A stretch of 63,367 nt of DNA from a virus (Duplodnaviria > Caudoviricetes): positions 1-63,367 of the IMG/VR virus record IMGVR_UViG_3300013137_000021; one strand, given 5' to 3'. A model generated the notes under the pieces. That model was not told where the DNA came from and did no database searches. It worked only from the letters and a program-made list of their open reading frames with translations. Shown here piece by piece: positions 19,201 to 28,196 of the stretch. A program made the position numbers and the translations under genes. Position 1 is the stretch's first letter; each line of letters starts with the position of its first letter.

Positions 19201-21157
19201 ACGCATAGGCGGTGTATTCGGTATTCGATTGCCCTGGCGAGTTGTTCACCCGGAGTATTTGAACCGCGTCCTTGACGTTGCCGGAGAGCCCTGTCACCGC
19301 GCTTCCGTCGAGTACCTTAGTCCACGTCCCGCCGGTCCAGACAATATCGTCCAGTCCGCCCACCGCGCCCTTTACAATCTCCGCGTCCACACACTGGACC
19401 AGGGTCCGCGCCCCCTTAATCGCATTCCGGTTGTAGGTGTACGCATAATAGACTGTAGCGCCGCTCGCAGGCTCCGCCCCGCCCACATAACTGGCGGCGC
19501 CCCCGTCCTTGACGAAATCCACACTTTCGAGGTAATTCCATTTCCCGTCGTGAGCGTCCGCGGCGGTGTCGCTCGCTCCCAGGATGGAGAGCACATTTTC
19601 ATTGGCCAACAGATCGATGTGCGTGCTGCCATTGTGGGTTCGCTGCTCAACGAGCGATGTCCGATAGTTCAGATCGCTCACATCCCGGATGAATGCATCA
19701 TTGCACTCGTAAATTCTCGTCCCCAACGGGGTATATGTTGTCGCCTCAGTCAAGCCTAATTCTGTGTAAGCGTCGTCCACCACTGCGTTGACAGTCAGGT
19801 TCTTCCCGTCAACGGCCTGTATCTCCAAATAGCCGCTCGCCGCGGTACAGATAACAAGCTCGCCGTCCGTAGGGTACGCATTCACAGACGCTTCGATAGC
19901 CGCGCCCACTTGGGCCGCTGTCATGCCGTCCGATGTGAACGCCACAACATGAGCGTTCCCGGACCCTATGGTGAGGCTCACATTCAGCCCGTCCAGATCG
20001 TATGTTTCGGGGTTGCCCGTGATAACGCTGCCGCCCGGTGTTTCAAATGCGTCGATTCCACTGTTGTTCACGAACTTGACATCGCGCGCCCTGTTGAAGG
20101 GGACCGTCTGTGTCCCTTCGGTATAGACCCGCCAGCCGTTCGGGTACGCTTTCCCTTTGTGAACCTTCAGGTTCAATTTCGTGCTATCCGTCGGGTGCGC
20201 CACGACCTCAAAGGGGAAATTTTCAACGCTGAAGTGCCCGCTCACATCGAAAATCATCTCCGCGATACGCCTGTCCAAGACCGTCCTCTCCGGCCTGAAC
20301 GTCTGGACCTTGGGCGCGTTGTCCACGAAATCCTTGATCGTAACTGCCAAGGGCTCGTCCACAACCCACGTAACCGCAAAACTGAGCTGGTCAGCGCCCG
20401 GCTGGTTATATGCCGCGGCCGCTATGCCCTCGTCCGTATTCCTGAGAACAGGATCGTCCTCATAGTCAATGATGCTCGGCGTCACCAGCACGCCCACACT
20501 CTCCGTCCCCGTCCCCGCGAGAGTGACCTCGCCCTCGGGAATCCGCAGCGGTATTCCACCCAGATACAGCGTGCCGCTGGTGAACCTCCACGTTGTCCCG
20601 CTGACAAAAACCTCGTTACAACCCTCGAAGATGTCACCATCCCTGTGGGTCACATCCCCCAGCTTCTGCAAGTGCCGATGGAAGATGCCTATCAGGTCAA
20701 TTAGCTCCATGCGTTGCGCTGTGCGCCCGGTCTTAATTAGTGGCGCATACCAATCCGGCCTGCCCGAATCGTTCACGCTGGGCGGATGTACCGCGACATT
20801 CGGCGTCTGGCCGACATCGTAGAGCGAGTGGCCCGTGGTCAGGTTCACGATCCCTAGCAAATTCCAGGCTGCGCCGACCTTTTTGTAGTATCGAACGTAC
20901 CGCGCAGCAGCGGGGATGGACGCCACAACATCCAGGAGGATCTTGTTCACAGAGTTCAGCGTGGTCGGGCCTGTGGCAATCAACACGCTGTCAGACGCGG
21001 TTGTCTGCCCGACTTTTGTGATCCACGTCGCGCAATACTCGTAGGTCGTGGCCCCTGGCGTGCCCTCCACAACCGGCGTAACCATCTGGGGAGGGTCAAC
21101 CGTGTCGAAGGCCCGTAAGTTGTACGGATGCAGCGCATCTATGACTGGATTAGGCAA
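16223..21157 (-). CDS. Large baseplate/tail structural protein (DUF4815-like)
   Basis: 1644 aa; PGAD motif, SGHFSV, DPLAQSF, DLKYKIYRSNF motifs resembling myovirus DUF4815 proteins; baseplate position. Confidence 0.75.
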   Translation of the reverse strand: MPNPVIDALHPYNLRAFDTVDPPQMVTPVVEGTPGATTYEYCATWITKVGQTTASDSVLIATGPTTLNSVNKILLDVVASIPAAARYVRYYKKVGAAWNLLGIVNLTTGHSLYDVGQTPNVAVHPPSVNDSGRPDWYAPLIKTGRTAQRMELIDLIGIFHRHLQKLGDVTHRDGDIFEGCNEVFVSGTTWRFTSGTLYLGGIPLRIPEGEVTLAGTGTESVGVLVTPSIIDYEDDPVLRNTDEGIAAAAYNQPGADQLSFAVTWVVDEPLAVTIKDFVDNAPKVQTFRPERTVLDRRIAEMIFDVSGHFSVENFPFEVVAHPTDSTKLNLKVHKGKAYPNGWRVYTEGTQTVPFNRARDVKFVNNSGIDAFETPGGSVITGNPETYDLDGLNVSLTIGSGNAHVVAFTSDGMTAAQVGAAIEASVNAYPTDGELVICTAASGYLEIQAVDGKNLTVNAVVDDAYTELGLTEATTYTPLGTRIYECNDAFIRDVSDLNYRTSLVEQRTHNGSTHIDLLANENVLSILGASDTAADAHDGKWNYLESVDFVKDGGAASYVGGAEPASGATVYYAYTYNRNAIKGARTLVQCVDAEIVKGAVGGLDDIVWTGGTWTKVLDGSAVTGLSGNVKDAVQILRVNNSPGQSNTEYTAYAFLKNSDGLTHATSQVDWSSAGAPGSGAGGQPALGATYYCSFWAWRHETEGDYCSADSYDVYSEIETFATLPLRDCIDFRTLGVLPEPDESATMDYNFYLSRMDKLVLADTGDFSLIAGAPALVAPAPPDQTGVMTLAVAKIPPYTYNPTDVQVVPVAARRITQSGLNRLQERMEKMEYFAVVNGLEKEIAQQPIALDNIGIYTDALTGLGRVDTAFDKMDAHGNRVRHTAAIEPLTRTLSLPADYQAKNLSVDLVNSTHVRRNGNVLCLDYEPEVIDQQLQASIWINCAADWVYEDYVGHMQLAPFCDSFLDETQAPVINVDFDDNLTSAAADMTPEDLNSVFWGTWNSVGTATADWSTLRNDNAAGISGTISWDITQQQERQGLQITQIPGSITRDLGDRVIDMSVVPMLRTTTDTGDPFVIQVRVDGLVPNQDHAITIGGKNVDFTYDSGAEHPRGAVGTHTVQGKTTVCADNDGRLTGKFTMPAGVPNGAPLVSCFHYSLPSHSIAQATFYGKGFLTTHQGMTLGISTASIRTETVSQQQTVVVGQGQMIWGGMGDADPLAQSFVIPSEITYVSAVGLFFSAKSATMPFTVQIRSVVNGYPGPDVYATCTLEPDDIDISDDGSVETLFTFDHVLGYKAGNEFCFVTMPGTSPDYKLWAAELGAIDVISGDIIGPPMANGVLFHSPNGRTWEPWTKRDLKYKIYRSNFENDCQIVFHAISGLQAAQIATAVEEFVAPGVNVVWSYCLDGSDDWVPFHPRVNVVLEQIVEQVQLRIDVTSFGGSYQIVEQIAGVLFLLHVESADYVGRACFFNDPLALPNRIVCTVKTITDGTNGVGETSITPKYTVDDGAHWVDMQPTPGFVPVTAEQGFYVQQFETPDEATVENASNATPIVITSTSHKFQEDQLVTIVGITGNTAANGTRRIVDVSANSFSLTDPVSGADIAGNGAYTGGGTINHAEYDQVRGRVLLETDNQARAPRVRDIGFVFTRV

Positions 21158-21166
21158 GAGAGCCTC

Positions 21167-21682
21167 CTATGTCATCTCAATCACAATCGGAACAGTAATC
21201 GACCAATTGCCATCGTATGTGGCCTTCACATGATTCTCCAATTGAGCCAGTATGCCGGGATCCTCGACATTCGCCGGAGCGAGCCACGTGTCAGTCTCGT
21301 GTCCGGCCGCGGGGACCAGGTTCCTCAGCACACCCCATTGCCGGAAGTCCGCATGGGGCTGCCCCCCCACAGTGCCCGTGAATTCCCCCACCATGTAGAT
21401 GAATTCCGCAATCTCCGTGAGCGCGTCCTCGTCCGCCACGAAAGCGTATTTCACGCCCGCGACAATCACGTCCTCGCCTGTGGTCACCACTTTGCACAGA
21501 TGCGTCTGAGTGGCCTGCACGTACACGATGGGCTCTTCGATGTCTACAGCGTCCAGGTCCACCGCAGGCGGCGTTTCCTCGTCATCCCACGGGGTCGTCC
21601 TGCCGATTCCCACCCAGAATTCAGAATTGGTTTTTTCCAGTAAAGCCCGCCAAGCCCTATCTATGTGCGGTGATTCGCTCAT
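21167..21682 (-). CDS. Baseplate wedge-type protein
   Basis: VGIGRTTPWDDEETPP and FRQWG motifs seen in myovirus baseplate proteins; synteny. Confidence 0.65.
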   Translation of the reverse strand: MSESPHIDRAWRALLEKTNSEFWVGIGRTTPWDDEETPPAVDLDAVDIEEPIVYVQATQTHLCKVVTTGEDVIVAGVKYAFVADEDALTEIAEFIYMVGEFTGTVGGQPHADFRQWGVLRNLVPAAGHETDTWLAPANVEDPGILAQLENHVKATYDGNWSITVPIVIEMT

Positions 21683-21691
21683 TGCGGTCTC

Positions 21692-23071
21692 CTATGCGAG
21701 AGTGATTCCATATTTGCGTGAAAAATGGCCGTTGATGCTGGTTCGTTCGTCCGCGGTCAATACGCGGCTGTACATAATCATGGCTACCAGATCGCCTATG
21801 AAGTTCCGGTTGGTCGCGTGCGTGTATCCGCAGCCGAGAGTGAATGAGGCCAGGTCCGTGTCGCTCGTGTTCCCCGCTGTATTATAAACCGCCGCATCAA
21901 TCAGGACAGTGCCGTTTACCCAAAGACTGGCCGTGGCCGCTGCCCAATCCCATGCGCCTATATGGATGCCGAATTCATTCGGCGTGTATGTGTTCTGAGT
22001 TTTCAGGGTCCCCGCGACCTCATCCAGCCGTGTATATCCGATACCGGACTTATAGCCTGAATTATGCGCTGCCAGGATGTGCAGTCGCCGGGATGGAAAG
22101 GATGTGAGGCCGTCAACAAGTATCTGATTATCCGTTGTCGGGCTGCTCGACTTGTAGATATAGATGGCTGTCCAACCCGCTTTATTGCGCGCGAGATTCA
22201 ATCCGCTCAGAAGCATCATATACGTAGGGGTAGCAGTGAATCGCAGAGCGCCGTATCCATTCAACTGGTCAGTCAGAAATGTGGGTCGTATCGCGGCCGT
22301 GGCCTGTGATAAATCGCGATTGTTCGCGCTCTGATCTGCCCACGCGGTCGCTTTACTATCGCCGTCCAGGGTCAACGTCGCCGGATCTGTTTCCCACCAC
22401 AACTCGCAGTCTTCAATACCCGGAAAATCCGCTTCTATGATCTCAGAATAGGAATTGTCCTCGTTCTCGCCGTATCCGGGTACCTCCCGGATGAACTCCA
22501 CTGAACAGTCATCCTCGTGAGCAGCCTCCGCATCAATCAGCAGATCGAACCACCAGACCTCCCCGCCCGCAAGCGTTTCAGCCAGATCCGAAATCAGTGT
22601 TTCCGCATCAACGCCCAGCGGCACGCGCAACTCGTACGCTCCGTCATGCCACTTGTCCGCGGATGTCCAGTGGGCGTCATCGGCGCCCCACTGTCCTTGA
22701 CAACCCCAGACGAGCAGTCGCGACGCCTGGTCCGTCACTGTATATGCTGCCGCATTGTTCGCTCTGCATGAGTCCCCCAGCCTATCCTGAGTGCCTTTGT
22801 AGCTATGACTCTCCAACGCGTGCTGGATGGCTCTACGATTCCATGAGTGAGTCTGATCCCTACGCCATGTGAGCCCCACAAGCGGCGCGAGCAGTTGCAA
22901 CCACCGGTCCGGGATCTTGTCCACGTTCCGCAGGTCCAGCAGCGCGGCAGCCAGGTCGTGCGACCGGTCAAACCCGTCATCCAGCACACCGAGGAAGCGT
23001 TCCAGAACGGTGTTAACATCCAGCTTGCGCCAGATGTCGGGCACTCGGTTTATGAATGGAGTTCTAGGCAT
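21692..23071 (-). CDS. P2 gpI-like baseplate protein fused to a C-terminal LamG/ConA-like domain
   Basis: LERFL..LLAPLVG..YKGT N-terminus; WADQSANN..RPTF and GDLVAMIMYSRVLT C-terminal motifs. Confidence 0.7.
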   Translation of the reverse strand: MPRTPFINRVPDIWRKLDVNTVLERFLGVLDDGFDRSHDLAAALLDLRNVDKIPDRWLQLLAPLVGLTWRRDQTHSWNRRAIQHALESHSYKGTQDRLGDSCRANNAAAYTVTDQASRLLVWGCQGQWGADDAHWTSADKWHDGAYELRVPLGVDAETLISDLAETLAGGEVWWFDLLIDAEAAHEDDCSVEFIREVPGYGENEDNSYSEIIEADFPGIEDCELWWETDPATLTLDGDSKATAWADQSANNRDLSQATAAIRPTFLTDQLNGYGALRFTATPTYMMLLSGLNLARNKAGWTAIYIYKSSSPTTDNQILVDGLTSFPSRRLHILAAHNSGYKSGIGYTRLDEVAGTLKTQNTYTPNEFGIHIGAWDWAAATASLWVNGTVLIDAAVYNTAGNTSDTDLASFTLGCGYTHATNRNFIGDLVAMIMYSRVLTADERTSINGHFSRKYGITLA

Positions 23072-23082
23072 GAAAACCTGTT

Positions 23083-23224
23083 ATCCGCAGATTACACAGA
23101 TGGCCGCAGATACGGTCATTGCGAGGCCGAGGGCCGTGGCGATGACATGTTGAGAGTTTTTGCCGGAGGGGTCCGGGGAACCGGCTTTTTGCAAAAAGCG
23201 GGTGCCCCGGATGGCCTTCTCAGC
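23083..23224. repeat. Cluster of REP-like palindromes in an intergenic gap of the baseplate operon
   Basis: CGCAGAT/CACAGAT/CGCAGAT short repeats; hairpin GTCATTGC..GCGATGAC (23115-23146); palindrome TCCGGGG..GCTTTTTGCAAAAAGC..CCCCGGA (23172-23211). Confidence 0.7.
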
Positions 23225-23245
23225 GCCCTATCGCATTCCATGCTT

Positions 23246-24700
23246 CTATCCTACGGTCACGGTGATGGTTCCTGCCGTGTGGATCTGTCCTTTTTCCAGT
23301 GTCACATCCTCCTCGGGTGTCGTGAAGTCCTCCCAGGCCACACCAGCGACACCGGTCACAGCCCGGCACAGTTCCGAGAATTCCAGGGTCTCCCCGATTG
23401 CCCGGTTTGCAGGCGCGAGCACATTGGCTATGGCCGTCGAAACGTTGTTGCTCACGGTTTGGGTCGAATAACCGGTCAGCACGCCGATACGCACCGTCAC
23501 ATTCAGCGGGACCTCTATCGCGTCGAACAGCAAATATCTCTCACTCCAAGGCCCCAGGTGCCCCTTTGCCGCGCACGCGGCCCAAATGTCATCCTTCAAG
23601 GGCGTAGACATAGGCCCACCGTCGTTAGGGACCACAACCAGCACCTGATACCGGTGCGGCCAGCCCCCTTCTTCGGAACCGAAATAGGCCAAATTCAACG
23701 CGGGTGTCACGTCGTTGCGGTCCAGTGCCTGACAATGAAGCACACCAGCCACACCTTCAACCAGGGCCTCATAATCTTCGGATATCACGGCCCGTCGCTG
23801 TATCGCGGTGCGCCTCGGAATGTTCCGCCTGATCGAAGTGGTGGATTCCGCGGATCCACCGCCGGTCGCGGATTCGATATTCGTGCAGGTGATGGCATCG
23901 CTGAGGCTTTCCGGGACAAGGTAGATCGTGCCTGAACCGCAATTCCCCGCGGCTTCATCGGTCCTGACAAAACGCACATGGAGAGTCTCGGAGGTGGGAT
24001 AGTTGGCTCCTTCCACCCCATCCCCGAGCACTAACCAAACCGTATCGTCATCCCCGTTTAATTCGAGGACGAAATGCAGATCCGTCGAGGCCGTCCGCCA
24101 AAAGCTATCTATATTAATCCAGGATGTCGGCCCGCCGCCGTGCCAAACTTCAACCGTTCCTGCCGCAACGCTCTTTCCAAGGCTTACCCGTGGCCGTTTA
24201 CTCCAATCAGGGATGTCGAAGTCCGCTTCCACAAAATCGTATGTGACAACCGTTCCTTGAATTGCGTCAACGGTCCCCGTCTGCTCATCAGCAGCCATAG
24301 TGAGGCCCGCCGCAGTCAGATATGAGACTCCATCGCTGCGGGAAAAGGAGGAGTATTGTGGTATGGTGATGCTTCCTGTTTTGCCCGCCTGCCGCGTAAA
24401 TTGCAGAGTCGTGGAAGCTGCCGCGGCCAATACTGGCAGATAGTCAACGCAGCGGCCAAGATCCACGAGCGACTGCTTAAATTGCGCTGTTGCAATGAAG
24501 CCCTCATTAAAAACCCGGTCGATATATTCGTTGAGTTGATCCGTCTCTCTAGCCAGCAACCGAAGAATCACTATCCCGGCATCAGAGTGGTTAAGATCGG
24601 TGTATTCGCTCAACTCCGCTTGAAGCAATGCGGTCAAACGTTCAAGTTCGGTAGTGTAGTCCCGACCAGAAAAGGTATATATGATGTCAGCCACGGGCAA
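23246..24700 (-). CDS. Baseplate J / gp6-like wedge protein
   Basis: YTDLNHSDAG, LGDGVEG, ATGGGSAES, RAVISEDYE motifs. Confidence 0.9.
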   Translation of the reverse strand: MPVADIIYTFSGRDYTTELERLTALLQAELSEYTDLNHSDAGIVILRLLARETDQLNEYIDRVFNEGFIATAQFKQSLVDLGRCVDYLPVLAAAASTTLQFTRQAGKTGSITIPQYSSFSRSDGVSYLTAAGLTMAADEQTGTVDAIQGTVVTYDFVEADFDIPDWSKRPRVSLGKSVAAGTVEVWHGGGPTSWINIDSFWRTASTDLHFVLELNGDDDTVWLVLGDGVEGANYPTSETLHVRFVRTDEAAGNCGSGTIYLVPESLSDAITCTNIESATGGGSAESTTSIRRNIPRRTAIQRRAVISEDYEALVEGVAGVLHCQALDRNDVTPALNLAYFGSEEGGWPHRYQVLVVVPNDGGPMSTPLKDDIWAACAAKGHLGPWSERYLLFDAIEVPLNVTVRIGVLTGYSTQTVSNNVSTAIANVLAPANRAIGETLEFSELCRAVTGVAGVAWEDFTTPEEDVTLEKGQIHTAGTITVTVG

Positions 24701-25547
24701 TCTCCATCAGCAATCGTGTGCGTGAAGGCAATCTGAGCAATGTTCCAGTTGTGGGGTTGCCGGTATTGTCAAGATAGTCGCGGCTTAGACCAGCGGCCGC
24801 GGCGTCCGTCATTGCCATTTGAGACACCTTGTAATGGAATCGAATATCCCCATAGATCTCATGGGCTATCAACAGCCACGTGTCGTTGAGCTTGACCTCA
24901 TAATAGGAGTCATCATTGACGGTGGGTATCGGACGCAATCGTCGCGGTCGGATGTATCGAACACCGTTTTGCTCATATACCGCCTGATCGTAGTACCGAC
25001 TCGTCCAGTCGTGCCCTGCGGCATCCGCCGTGCCAAGGGCATATTCCTGTGTTCTCTGTTCCCGAGAAGTCACGAACGGGGCAACCAGGTTCCCCTCGAC
25101 CTGATTCTTGATGAATTCAGGGCTCACCATAACGGGCAATTCTCGCCGCTGTACGCCCGCGGGGGTGTCCCGCCATTCCACACCCTCATTGTTGATCTTT
25201 GCGCGCTTTTCCCATCGTTCTGTTGATTCAGTGAAGTAATGCTGCGCGAGCATCCTGAACTCTTCACTGTTCGGCTTGAACAGAATGTGGAATAATTCGG
25301 ACCCGAATTCGGGCAAAGTGTCATGTTCGGTGGGTCTCGTGAGCAGGATATGGGCAATGCTCTCCGCGACGTGGTTCAACGGGCTGGTGATATCCTCGCG
25401 GATAGTCCAGTCTTCGCGCAGATAAGCAAGATCGACTGTGCCCGCATCAGTCACACCATCAGACATTTGAATCCCGCCCGTTGCCGCGTTGATGCGGAAC
25501 GGAAAGCTTATGCCGCGACCATAAAAGGGCAGTTCGGCAGGATTCAT
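24687..25547 (-). CDS. GPW/gp25-like baseplate protein with C-terminal LysM/gp53-like region
   Basis: GISFPF, ILLTRPTE..LPEFGS, RWEKR; YEVKLNDTWLLIAHEIYGD. Confidence 0.8.
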   Translation of the reverse strand: MNPAELPFYGRGISFPFRINAATGGIQMSDGVTDAGTVDLAYLREDWTIREDITSPLNHVAESIAHILLTRPTEHDTLPEFGSELFHILFKPNSEEFRMLAQHYFTESTERWEKRAKINNEGVEWRDTPAGVQRRELPVMVSPEFIKNQVEGNLVAPFVTSREQRTQEYALGTADAAGHDWTSRYYDQAVYEQNGVRYIRPRRLRPIPTVNDDSYYEVKLNDTWLLIAHEIYGDIRFHYKVSQMAMTDAAAAGLSRDYLDNTGNPTTGTLLRLPSRTRLLMEIARG

Positions 25548-26563
25548 GTGTATGTCACCTCATTAGGCACACCGGATGATGCAACCATTGGGGCTTTATA
25601 GTTCTTGTACCTCTCGAATGCGCGTTGTATGCGTTCCCAAAACGCATTGAAGTACGCGCCAATGTCTATTTTGGGTTGTTCTTGTATGATTTGGCGCGTC
25701 ACTTCCACATGGCCGCGCTTACCATTTACCACGAGTTGGGCCTTGCCGACCGAGAGCACGAGGATTTCATTCTCGGAATCCATCACAATGCAAGGCCCAT
25801 CGGTCTTACCGATTTCCTTGGCACAACCGATTATCACCTTCCCTTTGCCATCCTCGGCCCACCTGAGTATCCCCTGGCCATTCAGGTCCACATCGCCGGT
25901 AATTGCCCAACCCTCATCGAGCAATTCGGAAGGCTTCTCCGATGTCAAAGCCATGACGCTCTTTGCGCCGCGAACCGCTCCCTTGCGCCACTTGCTCTCC
26001 TCGCCTGACCGCTCTCTCTCGTCTTCCTCCTTGCCAGGGGCAATCGAGAACCAACCTGCGCCAGTCCAGTCGAGAAGCGCCATTGTCTCTTCCCCGCCGT
26101 TGTCGTCCATAAGGAGAGTGTGGCCGGCTTCGCTCTTGAGCATCCTCACCCGCGTCCCCTTGCGGATATCCTGATCACTCATCGCCTTGGCTTCGGCGGG
26201 TATCATTTCCTGCTTATCTTTCTCAGTGGCTTGCCAAGCGGAAAAGGGAAAGACGATAGGAGGCGCGGCATAATCACCGCCGGGAAAGGCCACAAGCACC
26301 ATTTCTCTGGGCACCGGGGACCACCATATTCCGGTATCACCGTTGCCGCGTGCGTTGCATCCCGGCATCCATGACATCTCACACCAATTCGACCAGCATT
26401 TTGCGCTCTTATCATCGAACAGGTTCGGCACTTCCACTCGCACACGGCCACGGCGCTTCGGGTCCTTGAGATCCTTCACCGTGCCGACGTGACAAGTCGC
26501 GGCCTGTAGTACGTGCCACGGCTCACGAGAAATCGGCAATGTGTCTTGGCGAGGATCTAACAT
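25544..26563 (-). CDS. Baseplate spike protein (gpV/gp5 OB-fold)
   Basis: DPKRRGRVRVEVP, VLVAFPGGD, SEAGHTLLMDD. Confidence 0.85.
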   Translation of the reverse strand: MLDPRQDTLPISREPWHVLQAATCHVGTVKDLKDPKRRGRVRVEVPNLFDDKSAKCWSNWCEMSWMPGCNARGNGDTGIWWSPVPREMVLVAFPGGDYAAPPIVFPFSAWQATEKDKQEMIPAEAKAMSDQDIRKGTRVRMLKSEAGHTLLMDDNGGEETMALLDWTGAGWFSIAPGKEEDERERSGEESKWRKGAVRGAKSVMALTSEKPSELLDEGWAITGDVDLNGQGILRWAEDGKGKVIIGCAKEIGKTDGPCIVMDSENEILVLSVGKAQLVVNGKRGHVEVTRQIIQEQPKIDIGAYFNAFWERIQRAFERYKNYKAPMVASSGVPNEVTYT

Positions 26564-26575
26564 GGTGTGAGCATC

Positions 26576-27760
26576 CTAATATGGCGCTGCGTCTGCAAAT
26601 ACTTTGGCGAATTCTGGATCGTCCATCAGGACATATTTCCCGTGAACTTCTTCACCCGCGCTCTTGCTCCCCTGAACCTCTATAGTGGCCTTAAACGTAC
26701 GAATAAGCTTCTCCGCTGTGCCGAACGTGAAGGTCGCCTGACTGTCCCCGTCCATGATACGCGGCCCTATGTAGAGGGTATTGTCCTTGTAAATATCGCA
26801 GTGCATGACGTTCGGGCGATCCATGTCCTCATCTTTCTCAAGGCCGTCCTTACCCAGAGAATCCCTGAGCAAGTCGCCACGGGTATGGTATCCATGTCCC
26901 CTGGACCACGAATGCGCCGCGCCTCGGACATACCATTTACCGGAGAAATCAGGACCGACATTCAAAATCGTGATACACTTCTTGGCTCGCACGTGAGGCA
27001 CGCCAATCAGTTCAACCAGCCCGCGAATTGATTGTGATGCTGCGGATTGATTGACTTGAGCAAGACCGTTCTTGATTATGGTACTGAGTTCTTTCTCAAC
27101 GTCGCCATAGGCCACGCCACCGCCGCGTGTGCGAAAATTTCCGTTTCCCCATGTCCCATAGAATCCTTTCGGCGCCACTGTCTTGCGTTGCGATTTGATG
27201 GGTTTTTTGGGGCTGCCGCCTGTGGGAACCTTCCCGCCGCCTTTCCCTTTTTTTGCTCCGAGCATCTGTAGGGCACGCCGGAAAAATGCAGCGGTAGTCT
27301 CGCCTGGCATTGGTATCTTATTGTTGTGGGGGTTGGCCGGGTCTTCAGTCTGATCTAAACCCTCCACCTTTAGACCGAGGGATTGACCGATACCCTCAAG
27401 TACCTTCTTGAGGCTCGTCTCGTCGAACATGCCCCGTCCGCCAGTCCCGGCCATAGCCTCTGACGGGTCCATGCCCACGAGCACGACGCGCTGTCCTTTA
27501 TCGGAATAGATCGGGCTCAACTCTTTGAGGTTCATCGTCACCTTTGGCGACATATCTCCCCGGTTGCCGAATCGAATCACCACCTTGTCGTCAATTTTGA
27601 ATGCCCCGTCATATTTGCGATCTTCGTTCACAACCGTTACCGTGAGCGTGGAAACTGCATCCTCCAAATCCTGCAACTCCCACCGCTCGCAGCATCGCGT
27701 TACGTCCTTGCTGCCGACGGTAATGACGAAATCGGGTTGGTATTTCATCTGGTCAGGCAT
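26576..27760 (-). CDS. Baseplate hub protein (gpD-like)
   Basis: IGVPHVRA..ILNVGPDFSGKWYVRGAAHSW..GYHT C-terminal motif; synteny. Confidence 0.8.
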   Translation of the reverse strand: MPDQMKYQPDFVITVGSKDVTRCCERWELQDLEDAVSTLTVTVVNEDRKYDGAFKIDDKVVIRFGNRGDMSPKVTMNLKELSPIYSDKGQRVVLVGMDPSEAMAGTGGRGMFDETSLKKVLEGIGQSLGLKVEGLDQTEDPANPHNNKIPMPGETTAAFFRRALQMLGAKKGKGGGKVPTGGSPKKPIKSQRKTVAPKGFYGTWGNGNFRTRGGGVAYGDVEKELSTIIKNGLAQVNQSAASQSIRGLVELIGVPHVRAKKCITILNVGPDFSGKWYVRGAAHSWSRGHGYHTRGDLLRDSLGKDGLEKDEDMDRPNVMHCDIYKDNTLYIGPRIMDGDSQATFTFGTAEKLIRTFKATIEVQGSKSAGEEVHGKYVLMDDPEFAKVFADAAPY

Positions 27761-28196
27761 TCTTGTATTCCGTCAGCTTCACTCGTAGCTTGCCGAATTC
27801 GGGTAGGAGTTGGTTAGGCTCGAACAGCGGCGACCATGCCGCGTCAACGTGTTCCACCACGCATTTAGCTTTGAGGGCGGAACCGAGAATCAGCGTCACA
27901 ACCGGCGGGCAATCAACGCCTGTGCCCTTGCTCGTGCATTTCGTGAGTTTCAGGAGGTCGTCAGTTCCCTTCTTGACCTGGTTGAAATCGCCATCCATAG
28001 AAAGCTGCATGTCAAGTTCATAAGCCGTTGCCTGGCCGCATCCATACTGCAATATGGGCGCTTCCCGACCCGCCGCGGAAAGGTGATTCCACTTGGCGTT
28101 CTTCACGATCTTGACCGTGTGCGGATTCCATTGAAAGCTTACCTGAGCGCCGCCCCCAACGATCATACCGCGGGTGAATTGAGCGGTTGCAGCCAT
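27753..28196 (-). CDS. Tail tube initiator (gpU/CIS tube-like)
   Basis: FQWNP..REAPILQY..PPVV motif; follows the tape measure gene. Confidence 0.7.
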   Translation of the reverse strand: MAATAQFTRGMIVGGGAQVSFQWNPHTVKIVKNAKWNHLSAAGREAPILQYGCGQATAYELDMQLSMDGDFNQVKKGTDDLLKLTKCTSKGTGVDCPPVVTLILGSALKAKCVVEHVDAAWSPLFEPNQLLPEFGKLRVKLTEYKNA

